A DNA stretch of 63,240 nt, filler included, from Rhabdomonas costata (Eukaryota): assembly GCA_019059605.1 (NCBI GenBank). It is 54 parts of 54 records of this genome, joined end to end, with 100 filler letters (N's around TTAATTAATTAA, not from the genome) between each part and the next. Parts side by side here need not be neighbours in the genome. Positions count along the whole stretch, not along the records: positions 24,629 to 25,700 come from JAHMHO010030056.1; positions 25,801 to 26,873 come from JAHMHO010030057.1; positions 26,974 to 28,046 come from JAHMHO010030058.1; positions 28,147 to 29,220 come from JAHMHO010030059.1; positions 29,321 to 30,401 come from JAHMHO010030060.1; positions 30,502 to 31,574 come from JAHMHO010030061.1; positions 31,675 to 32,747 come from JAHMHO010030062.1; positions 32,848 to 33,920 come from JAHMHO010030063.1; 46 more parts are not named here. One strand, written 5' to 3'. Shown one piece after another: positions 24,529 through 36,043 of this stretch. Positions within the stretch are counted from its first letter, which is position 1. Every line of letters begins with the position of its first letter. The notes beneath the pieces are model-generated. The model worked only from the letters and a program-made list of their open reading frames with translations. It was not told where the DNA came from and ran no database searches. The position numbers and the translations under genes are program-made.

Positions 24529-27500
24529 NNNNNNNNNNNNNNNNNNNNNNNNNNNNNNNNNNNNNNNNNNNNTTAATTAATTAANNNNNNNNNNNNNNNN
24601 NNNNNNNNNNNNNNNNNNNNNNNNNNNNATTTGGATGCATGGGCTTTCCGACAAAACGCAAACACTTTTTTGACTTAAGACAGGTTTTTGGGAGAAAAAA
24701 GTATTCCTCCCGAATGCAATCCCCATGGATACTTGCGTATACGGATTCACAAGAAACTTTCGGAAATGCTTTGCTGACCCCAAGGGGCATGTGCAGACAG
24801 TATGAATGCTTGAAAAGACAGGGTTGCACCGCAGAAAAAAAAAGGTAAAATGAGGCATTTGAACTGGGTTTTCTGTTTTGGAGTTCCTTCCCTGTGAAGT
24901 GACGGCTGTTGGAAACCTGGGAAAGCGACGATTATTGAAAATTTCCTGGGTGGGTGAAATAAACGTGTCCATGGCGATCTGATAACTTGAGCTTGACTGG
25001 TTGAGCAGGTTGGGGTCCATGCTGGAGGGATGGTGGTGCTCCTGAGTTGACGTAAGTCTCCCTGCCACCAGGCATCTCTACATCTAGGTATGGCATGTTG
25101 AAAGATCCGATTTCGGTCTTTCCGAAGCCCTTTCGACTTAGCTACATCCCCACAGGACCGAGCTGCACCGAGCATGAATCTGTTCTAGATGGGGCGCACC
25201 GAGCCAGTCGGCTCTGATTCGTTTCCCCATCACCCCCTCCCCCCTCCAGGCTCAGCCACGCACACCTCCAAAAGAGCTCCGACGGTAGCCAGCTGCTGAC
25301 GTGGTGAGGAAGAAGCCGCTGCAGAAGACGAAGAAGAGGAGCCAGCGGGTGCAGACCGTGGGGAGGACTTTCCACCGCCGGGAGAGCAGGAACTCCTGCG
25401 GGGGCTGGGCTTCGCCTCACTGGTCATGGTAAAAGTACCCCCAAAGAAAGCTCTTCACACAGGTCTCTGTTTGCAGAACCCAAAGGGTTGGCAACTCAGT
25501 GCTGGGAACCACACAAAGCCTTATTCGAATTTGCGCCCCGGGGACGCAGAGAAGGGGCGCTTCTGGAACCTAAAAACGCACTGCGAAAAGGAAGAAGCAC
25601 TCGTGATGCACACAATGTGGAGGCGGAATCTGATGAGGGGCAAAGCAGAATGTTCACAGAGGGCGTCTTGACCCACTAGAGGGTGTCTTGACCCCAAAAC
25701 NNNNNNNNNNNNNNNNNNNNNNNNNNNNNNNNNNNNNNNNNNNNTTAATTAATTAANNNNNNNNNNNNNNNNNNNNNNNNNNNNNNNNNNNNNNNNNNNN
25801 GCAGGCCCACTGCCATGGAAAGCCACGGGCAAGAAGCTGAGTTTCTGCTCTGTTCAAGAGAATTCCGAGAGTTTTGCGAGTTTTGTGAAGATTTGGCAGG
25901 TACCCCCCTCCGCAACACGAAGGTCCCGATGGAAAAGGTTTGTCCCCAGGGCTGGGCTTTTCTGTGGACCCACCCCACGGCCACGGAATCCATGAATACA
26001 CCCAACGCATTTCCCGGGAGCCGGGAAAAGAAAAGGGGCCCAAGGCCCTGTCGCTCACCCCCAGGCACTCGCTCCCTTGCAGACCCTCGCAAAAGAGTCG
26101 CGAAAGCAACTCTCCGCACAAAAGAAGAAAGACAAGAAAGAGAAGAAAAGTTGCTGTTTGCGAGATGTGCTTTCCCGTTTTCGCAGTGTCTGTTTTTGTC
26201 CTCATAATCCCCGGGCTTACGCGTGTCCCGCTTAGCATCACAGAGTTTTTGGCATTACGTTGAGCGTCGCGAATGCAATTATGCCCAAACATATGGCGCC
26301 GGTCATATAAAAAGTGAGAGTTACATATGAACGATTCAACTGCAAAAAAAAAAACGCAACCTCAAAGGGAAGATGCAATGACGCACAGTAAGGTCGTTTT
26401 AATGTCCGAAAAAGGCAGAAAAATTCCTGTAGCAACCCATAAACTCGCGCGCCACGAGAGAAACAAATGCCATTATGTCGTCTTTTCAGCGAGTCCTTTG
26501 CGAAGATACCTGTTCCCAACAACCATGCTATTCAAATGCAACATTTCAGCAGAAACACACAACAGACTTTTCCCAAGTAAATATCGCTTGTGGAGTAAAA
26601 ACACCTACTTTAGAGTGCATCTCAAAAATATTTCTTAAATCGGCACGGAATATGTCCCCAAACTACATGTGAAGGGAGCCATCCATTTATTCCACCTCAC
26701 TGAGAGCTCTCCGAGCAATCAAAATGTAGCCCTAAACCCTCCGCAGTCTCTCACAATGCCCTGTCAGAAAGCCGTGACCTCAAGGCCATTGTTTCAGAGC
26801 CATGAATCCCTGCCCCCAAGCTCAAAAACAAAATTCACAGCTCAACAGGCAGCAGTGCATCTTGCCAGTCTCANNNNNNNNNNNNNNNNNNNNNNNNNNN
26901 NNNNNNNNNNNNNNNNNTTAATTAATTAANNNNNNNNNNNNNNNNNNNNNNNNNNNNNNNNNNNNNNNNNNNNGCAAGCCCGCAGGGGGTAGGGCAGGTT
27001 GTTACAGGCTGCCTTCACAACAGAAGGCGGCATACTTCTCACCGCCTGATGCGTCGCTTGAGTTTTCCAGACGCAGCAAGCAAGTAATTTTCGGTTGGTA
27101 CGGCTGTTGGGGGGGGGGCACCAGCAGTTATTACTGGTACATCATCACTCCTCAAAAACCGAATGCGAAATTAAAAGACGTCAAAAAGTTGGAATCCTCT
27201 CTCGGCTCCGTGGGGTTCGGCTTTGTGCACTCCCCTCCTTCCCGAGATTCCCACGCTGTATTAGGCTGGAGTGAGGTGGCAACATACGCTTCCCGCGATT
27301 CCCACAGTGTTTTTTTGGCGGGGTTGGACGACGTAAGCTTCCCGTAGTGTGTGTGAGTGTTTGGTGTTCAACGCCGGAAAGCTCAGGGTTCAAGCACGGG
27401 ATCACCGAAGCGTGTATCCCGGAACCGAGGAACGATTCCCAACCGCTGGGTCGATGCGCAGTGACCACTTGCGCATCCTGTTGAAGAGACCCACGAGAAA

Positions 27501-28150
27501 ACTGGGAGTTGATGATCTTCGCGTCGGCCCAGTCCGAGAGCTCAGCTTTGGCAGCCACAGCGGCCAGCAGTTTCTTGGAAAAGGAGCTCAAGCAACGCCA
27601 CCCGGCAAGGGTCCCAAGACATGATGGGCATTTGAGGCGGGGGGTGCCCTCACCGTTGACATCGTGGAAGAGGTCGAAATCGACTGAGCCGACGAGAAGC
27701 TTTCCCACTGCAGACAAACGACATCCGCCGGAATGAAGCCTGAGAGAAACTTGCGAATAAGAACCACAGCCAGCTGAAGGAAGTGGTGTTGAATCGAATT
27801 CCGGGGAGCTTGAATAGAGAAACTCCCCACCCAAGACCCACGCGGATCCACTTCTGGGCAGCTAAGTCTGAGTCCTCTGACCCCGTAGCAGCCCGCACGT
27901 GGTCCATTCAGGATAACCACAGCCCAGGCATTGGGCAGAAGCGCTCAGTTTGTTTTTGAACATCCGAACTTTGGTAGCAGCATTAGCGCTGCGAGCGCGG
28001 GCCGTACACTTGACAACTGCCGGCGGAGCCATGAAGACAAACACAANNNNNNNNNNNNNNNNNNNNNNNNNNNNNNNNNNNNNNNNNNNNTTAATTAATT
28101 AANNNNNNNNNNNNNNNNNNNNNNNNNNNNNNNNNNNNNNNNNNNNGCCA

Positions 28151-28506
28151 TTGTCGCGCGGCTGCTCTTTTCCACCGGCTACCTGCATTGCTCCATTGCG
28201 GCTCAGGTCTCTGCGATTCCACTCTCCTTCCTTGGGGGGTTGGGGTCTTTTCTCGCGGGAACGCCCCTTGGACCTTTTCTTTCGGATGGGTGAACGGGCA
28301 GCACCGGTATCTGCAGGCGTCGCCGTGCCAGCACCTCACCGCCGAACGTTCCACCTCTGGTGACCTCCCTTCTGCCCCATGGGTCTCGAGCCTTTGTTGC
28401 GCAGCTGCTCTTTTCCACCGGCTACCTGCATTGCTCCATTGCGACTTAGGTCTCTGCGACTCCGCACTCCTTCCTTGGGGGGCTGGGGTCTTTTCTCGCG
28501 GGAACG
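28151..28506. repeat. Imperfect ~113-bp direct repeat (28151-28263, 28394-28506)
   Basis: Two copies of GCTGCTCTTTTCCACCGGCTACCTGCATTGCTCCATTGCG...GGGTCTTTTCTCGCGGGAACG, 243 bp apart. Confidence 0.9.
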
Positions 28507-28812
28507 TGTGTGTGTGTGTGTGTGTGTTTCCTTTCCAGCTTTTCATCGGACCAACACACGTCCAACTGTCCCCAAGCCAAAGAAGAAAAAATGTGCCCTT
28601 TCAGATCTTGGAAGCTTCTGTGTTGAGAAGGGATGCGAAGGGATGCGTGCGCATACAGCTCATTGATGGATTTTTTGGAGATCTCCTCGACCAGGGAAAC
28701 GCTTCCCTTCGGCACAACCCGGAACCTGTCGTTTTTTTGTGGAAAGAGAGAGGAAATGGAAATGGCTTAACACACGTGAGCGCCGCCGGTGTGCACATCC
28801 TTGTGGTTGATG

Positions 28813-28900
28813 GATAATGGCCAGCGGGTTCAAAACCACGATACTGGAAATGCCCAGATAATGGCCAGCGGGTTCAAAACCACGATACTGGAAATGCCCA
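28813..28900. repeat. Perfect 44-bp tandem duplication
   Basis: GATAATGGCCAGCGGGTTCAAAACCACGATACTGGAAATGCCCA twice. Confidence 0.95.
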
Positions 28901-29320
28901 GGGAATGCAACTGCTTCTCCCAAGTAACGCAACCTTTGTCCAACCTGGATCTCATACGATCTTCAGTGAAATACAGATTGCAAGCAACCAAACATCCCGC
29001 TCAATACTTAAAAAATCAAACCACCGAAGCATGCCGTGAAGTCTCGGCGTGCACGGATAGCTAGCACATCACTACACCTGTACCATCTGATAATCTCTGG
29101 TTTCCCAGTTCACGTTCGCGGTAACAGGGACAAACAAGGGGAAAACAGGGAATCATGGAAGTTCCTCAGATTCCCTTGACGTTCCTTGCTTGGGGAACGG
29201 ACCAAGGGCAACCAACCACANNNNNNNNNNNNNNNNNNNNNNNNNNNNNNNNNNNNNNNNNNNNTTAATTAATTAANNNNNNNNNNNNNNNNNNNNNNNN
29301 NNNNNNNNNNNNNNNNNNNN

Positions 29321-30239
29321 TGTGTTGGGCCAGAAGCAAGTTATCCACCTCCTTTTCCCCGACAATGTTATAAGTCTGGCCGACGCGACCCCGCTCCAGC
29401 AGAAACAGTACAGCTGAAAGAAAAGAGGAGAAAGGAAATCCATCCAGGTTGCAATGTAAATGGGGGTAGCGGGTGGAAGGCAGCACCTGAACTGATATTC
29501 CGAGCGTGGATGTAGAACCGCGAGCCGGCTTCCCGTCGGTCAGGGTAGGCGTGGATGCAAACGGGCTCTCCGCTCAGCACGTTTTTGATGGTCTGCGATG
29601 CGCAAGTACACTTGGCCAACGTGCTCGCTACTTTCCCTCTCGAGTTCATTTCCACTGATCAGACATGACACAGGCAACGCTGTGCATGAAACGACATGTA
29701 CAATCACAAAGGCAAAGAACACCCAAGTGTGTGTGCCTTCAAAGGTGATAAGTTCTCGGCACGGGGAGGGCCGATCAGCAGTTTAATCCTTGAGTTTATC
29801 CCAGCAGCCCTTGGGCAGCTGCAGTGGGGAAACGGGCAGCACCTTTACAAATCATACACAGTCACAGAAGTCTGAAATGCACAGGCCTGATAAGTACGGA
29901 AATCCGCAGGCGCTTGAGCTTCACTCCGATCGCAGCCGTAACGCCCAGCAATTATTGAAAAGCAGGCTGTGACTTCCTGCACCGTTTCCCCCTCCTGTCT
30001 TGGCACCCACGCACCTTGGGAATGAACTTCTCCGGGTGCTGCCTTTCCCCAAAGGCGTTCATGATGTTGATCACAATCACAGGCACCCCGAAGGTGTGGG
30101 CGTAGGCCAGGCACACCTGCTCGCTGGCCGACTTGCTGGCGGAGTATGGATTAGTCGGGTGGTGCGCATCGGTCTCCCGGAACAGCCGTCCCTCCAAAGC
30201 TGGGCCGTAGACTTCATCCGTGCTGAAGTAGAAGAAAGC
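29321..30239 (-). CDS. rmlB: dTDP-glucose 4,6-dehydratase (extended SDR), three exons (30239-30015, 29592-29487, 29413-29321)
   Basis: STDEVYG, PTNPYSASK (YxxxK), NAFGERQHPEKFIPK, GSRFYIHARN and GQTYNIVGEKE. Two in-frame GT-AG introns. Confidence 0.93.
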
Positions 30240-30324
30240 CTGAGAGAAAATGAGCCACAGAGAATGAGATTCTTCAGGGTTTCGCGACAGGGGAAGAAGG
30301 TACAAGAAGGCACTAACCATTATA

Positions 30325-30327
30325 GTG

Positions 30328-30374
<47 letters not shown>
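30325..30374. repeat. (TG)n microsatellite
   Basis: Directly visible. A shorter (TG)n lies at 28506-28528. Confidence 0.97.
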
Positions 30375-30375
<1 letters not shown>

Positions 30376-30532
30376 GGGCGCATTGTGCGCTGGCTGTTGC
30401 CNNNNNNNNNNNNNNNNNNNNNNNNNNNNNNNNNNNNNNNNNNNNTTAATTAATTAANNNNNNNNNNNNNNNNNNNNNNNNNNNNNNNNNNNNNNNNNNN
30501 NGGGGGGGGTGGGGGGACAAAAAAGTGCACAC

Positions 30533-31372
30533 CCACGATGTCAGTGAATATCAGGCTAACTGTCCTCCAGGCCATCACCATGTTGTGGCTCATCGCCCCG
30601 CTGAGCGTCATCTTCACCACATCCTGGGGCACGTACTTCGCAAAAGCATGCAGCCCTCTGGAAGCGAACAAAAAGGGCAACGCTTTCTCTCAGCATACCG
30701 CGTTCCTGAATCTCACGGGTTCCTTTGTGTGGCTTCCCTGAATGCACGAGACGAGGCTGTGTCCTAGCCCCAATCTATGTCGATTCCTGGTTCGTGATTT
30801 GTGGTTCCCCCCCTCCCCTTTGCTCCAAAACTGATGCACATTGCACCCCGCACACACCCGTGCACAACTGCATTCCTTTGCTTTCGTCCTCATGCAAATG
30901 CTACCCGGCTCCTGTGCTTCCCATCCTCATCATCTCGGCCTCCTCCTCCTCTTACTACCTCATAGGTTCTTGGTCAAACTTTACAAATCCGGTTCTTCTT
31001 TCCTCTGCCTTCACGGAACCATGGGTGGGCACAGTCCCACTTATCGTACCGTTCCATAGCGCTGAAGGACTGCTGGCACCCCAAAACTTCCGAAATCACC
31101 GAGGGGCGCGACGCCATCGATAGCCCTGGGTCGTTGAGCTCCAGTACCGCCAGAAGACCCATCACCTTGGCCAGCCGCTCCAACGGACGAGACAGCAGCA
31201 ACGCGATCCCCACCGCGATTCCAACCGCCGCAACCACCACCGCAACAAGAATGCCCACCAAGGTGGTGTTGGTGCGGCGCACGTCATCCGAGGTCTCGGC
31301 GTACTTCTGCAGCACTTCACCCAGGCGGGCGTTGGTGTTGATCAGCAGAAAGAACTGCCACTTCAGGCCATA
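30533..31372 (-). CDS. Receptor-type class III adenylate/guanylate cyclase (TM + HAMP + start of cyclase domain), two exons (31372-31050, 30657-30533)
   Basis: Hydrophobic helix, SRPLERLAKVM...SEV...SFSAMER|GLHAFAKYVPQDVV...TVSLIFTDIVG (first catalytic Asp motif). Confidence 0.9.
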
Positions 31373-32170
31373 CTGGAAAAAAGTGAACTGGCCCAAGATA
31401 CCCATTTCAGTCGGAAGGCAAAGCGAAAAACATGTATTCCTTTTGGGGTGCGAATATCAAAAGCATGCGGATATGGTCAAAGATCAGCGGATACATTAGG
31501 AGATAGATCCAAGAGCCAGCAAATAATTGTAAGCGAACATCTTCCGTAAGAAAAAACTAACAAAAAACCAAAAANNNNNNNNNNNNNNNNNNNNNNNNNN
31601 NNNNNNNNNNNNNNNNNNTTAATTAATTAANNNNNNNNNNNNNNNNNNNNNNNNNNNNNNNNNNNNNNNNNNNNGTTTGTGAGATTCTGTGCAGAAGTTT
31701 TTTTTTTACCTATTTTTATGCAGCTGGTTTCAAGCGGCAGTATTCGTGCAGATGAGCGAAGGCGGTTACGCGCTGCTGATTTTTTCTGGTGCAAAACTCC
31801 CGTCCTTGCACTGCACATTGAAAGTGCAAAGGTTCGGCTTATAGAACAGCAGCAGGTGACATACGACGGGCCCAACAGATATTGCCTGATCTTTTGCCGC
31901 TCAACCGCATAACGTGTGCTCTGTCTGCTCGGACAAAAGTCTGTAGTGGGGAAGTATATTAATTTGACTTTGTAAAATTGTATTTTGAATGCGCCGGACT
32001 TTGAAAACTGGACAAGACGTTTGCTGGATGCATTTGGATAAGACTGTCCTTGGCGTGAGTGGGATTGGATGAGTGTTTTGTGAAGAGTTTCGGGTGAAAG
32101 TTTTTGTTTGAAGGCGAAGCGGCAGCTGGAACCGAAACAGCAACCAAGACGCGTATGCTTTTATCTTCAG

Positions 32171-32747
32171 CTGTGCCGACATACTAGGTCCCTCCGAACT
32201 TCAGACTGCGGTCGCATTGTATGGTTGGGTCCTTTTTTCAAAGGTGGTGACGGGGGAGCCAGTCGTCCTCCGCAAGCCACCGCTGACTGTCCTCTTGTGG
32301 ACTCCTCAACGACAGTGGTAGCGGATGCTGCCTCGCAGGCTGACAGTGGTTCTCCTTCAGTCCCCAAACCTTCACCTCAAAATGAAGAGGCGCTGGCTCC
32401 GTCCCCCGTTTCTGCCCCAGCGGCGCCCCATTTCCCGCTTTCGTCCTCACCGGCTTCACCACAGCCCATGCAAAGCCCATCCCTTCTCCAGCCGTCGCCC
32501 TCGCTTCCTCCGGCAGCACCCCCCATCAACAACCCGGCAGGCCCCAGTAATGCCCAATCCACCCCCAGAGATCCACCCACTCGTTCATCCAATATGACTG
32601 CTGGTGCCACGGCTTCCTCACCAATCGCTGGAGGTCCACCCTCAGCGGTTGAAGAGCGGTTGGACGATGGCCATGGCTCAGCCACCCCTCGGCCCATGGA
32701 AGCCGCATCTTCCAGGGGTGAGCGGGACAGCACTTCCACCCCCCACC
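32171..32747 (+). CDS. Pro/Ser/Ala-rich low-complexity ORF (partial)
   Basis: Frame open for about 190 codons to the contig end after a TTTTATCTTCAG acceptor. No recognisable domain. Confidence 0.35.
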
Positions 32748-33723
32748 NNNNNNNNNNNNNNNNNNNNNNNNNNNNNNNNNNNNNNNNNNNNTTAATTAAT
32801 TAANNNNNNNNNNNNNNNNNNNNNNNNNNNNNNNNNNNNNNNNNNNNGGTTGGGTGGGCCCTGTGCCGGTTGTGGGGAAGGGGGTACGATGATGTGAACT
32901 TGCCATATATTCCTGCTTGGATGCGCTTCGCTTGCACACAGAATGAGACTTCTTCCAAGATTCTGGGCCCCATAATTTTTCTACACTTTTTGAGATGACC
33001 CATTTAACAAATGTCTAGATCTCCCCTCCCCTCCCCTCCCCAACAAAACCACGGTAAAGAGAGAAAAGAAAGTAAGATAACGAGCATACGCCCATTCGCA
33101 GCAGCGGTTAAAAATGCGCAGCACCACCCACCAGCACAGACTTCAAAACAAAGGAGTGGCGCAGACTGAAAAAAGCAAAGGGATAAAAGGTCTCGAGAAA
33201 AGGCCTGCAAAAATCGAAGAAAAAAAGGCAAATAGATCAAGAAGATCTCCTCCTCTCAGGGATGGCTTGAAAAGAATGCACAAGAACGTACACAATACAA
33301 GGAGCGGACGATAATAAAAACACAGACGAAATGACACAGAGTATCTTGAAAACCTTGAAAATACGGCGAAGATTCGATGTCCTGCACATTTCACTTTGCC
33401 CGTTTCCTATTCGCTTCGTCCCCATGATACAGCAGAGAGCATCCTCGTCATCAAATGCCCACCGCACTTTTTGTCCACTTGACGCCCGTTGATCTTCACG
33501 CATCTTCAATGAATGTCGACACGGGTGCAATTCTGGTATCCCCTGCCCTATATATATGAACGGCGTTTCTTTAGGTGTTTATTTGAGATGTTTTCGCTTT
33601 ATGACCTTCTGGATATAGTTGGAATTGATAAGAAACGAAGAAAATGGATGGAAAAGTTCAAGATTACCCTTGGATGCAGTGAATGTCCTGCTTGTGGGGC
33701 TGACATGAAGCCGAACACTCGGT

Positions 33724-33748
33724 TTAGGGTTAGGGTTAGGGGTTAGGG
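33724..33748 (+). repeat. Interstitial telomeric-type repeat (TTAGGG x4, one extra G)
   Basis: TTAGGG TTAGGG TTAGGG G TTAGGG, flanked by duplicated ACTC at 33717-33720 and 33751-33754. Confidence 0.85.
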
Positions 33749-35433
33749 TGACTCTCTGTGAGCACATCCGAGACGGCTACTTTCAGTGATTCTCGTGCGT
33801 GGGATTTTGTTATTCTTCTCACCTGGGGTTAGGGAGCATTACCTATGTTCGGATTTTGTTATTCTTCTCGCATGAAATTAGGGAGCTTTTTCATATTTTC
33901 ACTGTGGTACCCAACCACCCNNNNNNNNNNNNNNNNNNNNNNNNNNNNNNNNNNNNNNNNNNNNTTAATTAATTAANNNNNNNNNNNNNNNNNNNNNNNN
34001 NNNNNNNNNNNNNNNNNNNNCCATTCTCAGGATTTTGGTATCAGGTAGCAGAGACCAGTCGGCTCCGAAGTTTTTGTACGGTTCAGTGAGAAGCTCAGTG
34101 ATTCCTGGAATTCCAAATCTCTTTTCGGCAATGCCAACAATTGGACCACAGTTATCGACGACTGTTCCCGCGCAATCAGTGATGTTTACAAACCCAAGAG
34201 AGCCGCACGTTAGTGCAGCAAGAACCACATCGCCGAATCGCAGGCCTAGCTTTGGAAGATGGGAAGGTAGCTTCCGAGGAAGAGCCTTTGCTGGGCGTGG
34301 TCTATGGTACGGGTATAAAGAGGCTGGAGGACTAGAATTCCGACCACGCCAGTACAGAGGCCAATGTCGAGAACACAAGTGTCAGCGAATTCTTTGGATT
34401 ATGGTGAGAGTTCTCCGTTTGCTCGATCATAACTGGAGGACTCCAGACCTCATCAGTCGTCGATGTTTTGTTTTTACTGTGGTGACACCGCGCACGTGTA
34501 TCGCGACCGCGAATAGAAAAGGCGGAGCTTTTCGGAGAGTCGTTGAGTCATCAGTGGAGCACTGTGTTTGGAAAAAGACCAGAGAGCCCAAAATAAATGT
34601 GGAAGTAGGCTGAGCCTCTCCAGCCACATCCAAAGGTCCCGTTGGGAATGTGAATTTTGGAGTGGAAGTGAGTGGTAAAGAAAGTCTAAGGACACCCGGA
34701 GAATTGTTTTGCGCAAGAAAGCTCCAGGTTCACGTGGCAACAAAGAAATCTTTGCGACTCTTGAGAATTTCAACGGAGGAGCGTCCCAATCCCATCAGGA
34801 AGTGTAGAAAACTTTGGAGGAGAGTTACATCGCCCCCCACTGAAGTAGTTTGGAGATGACATCCAAAAAAGTGGACAAGTGGGAATATTAAGGTCACAGG
34901 TGGTAGCAGGTCCACATGTGGCAACCCCAGAGCGACGTATGGCAGCGAGGACCTCGAAATTAGCTGCAAATGTGTCCCAGAAACTTCCTTCGTTTCGTGT
35001 AGTTCAGTCCCAAGCTTCATCAGTGCCGAGAGGTTTTACTCCTGGCGCAAAACAATTCTCCGGGTGTCCTTAGACTTTCTTTACCACCCACACNNNNNNN
35101 NNNNNNNNNNNNNNNNNNNNNNNNNNNNNNNNNNNNNTTAATTAATTAANNNNNNNNNNNNNNNNNNNNNNNNNNNNNNNNNNNNNNNNNNNNTTGTTTT
35201 TTTGCCTTCGCGCGCGCTTGCGTGTGTGGAAACTCGAAAGCAAATCACACACTTCAGAACATTTGAAAGGTTTTTTGGGCCGTTGCTTGGCAATGGCCAG
35301 AAATTTCGATCTTCATTGTGCTCAGCATTTCTTACTTTTATGCTTGGTTTTGAGTGATTGTATGGCAACAGCTTTCCTGCCCCTCTCCCCTCCCTTCTTG
35401 CGCCCCTTGGAAGACACTGTTCTGTCTGCTCAG

Positions 35434-36043
35434 CACTTTCCTCGGTCTACTTCTGGGACATGGACCCCGGGTTTGGTTGTGCTGTGCTGTTCAAGAAGGA
35501 GGATTTGGACAAGGAGGTGCACTGTCGCATCGCTTTCGAAATATGGAGACTAACAGACCGCTTTCTGGGCTAGGTCTATGAACGCAAGCCTTGCATTGAC
35601 TGCCACCTTCCCGCCTGACAGTTGTCAGCTTGCAGCTCGAATGTCTGGACTGGCTGAGTGCATTGAAGAGGCCAACTTTAAATTCATTCATAGCTGAGTT
35701 TCAGCTTACCCGTAGGGAGCCTTGATTGAACTCCGCTCCAGAATTTCTGTAACCTTCGATATTTGTGTTTTTGTTGGTGTATGGAATATGAAGTTTGCAG
35801 TCTGGTTTTCCGCATTGCCGGCCCACATTGCATGTGAGAGAGCGGGGCCTTTGCGTTCCATCGGATGCACAGAGTGTGTGGGACAGCACCCACCTTTTTG
35901 AGGCCCAGCCCGGCAAGGGGAGTAGCTACCGTTACAAGCTGACCAGCACCTTCCTGCTGCAGCTCCGCGCCCCTGGCGCGGCCGCGCTGTCCATCCACGG
36001 GTCCTTGACTCGGCAGTCGGAAACAGAGCTGGAAGTGAACTCG
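35434..36043 (+). CDS. CAPZB: F-actin capping protein beta subunit, two exons (35434-35516, 35873-36043)
   Basis: LSSVYFWDMDPGFGCAVLFKK|SVWDSTHLFE...YKLTSTFLL...GSLTRQSE matches CapZ-beta motifs (SSVYLWD, WDSIHV, YKLTST, GSLTRQ). Confidence 0.93.

Noticed and set aside
33724..33748. True chromosome end
   Set aside because: Only four units, with unique sequence on both sides.
34985..35030. Hammerhead ribozyme core on the minus strand (CTGATGA...GAAAC)
   Set aside because: The intervening sequence does not form stem II and I find no convincing stems I/III.
34021..35035. Ambigrammatic narnavirus-like insert
   Set aside because: The two stop-poor frames are not codon-aligned and no RdRp motifs are recognisable.
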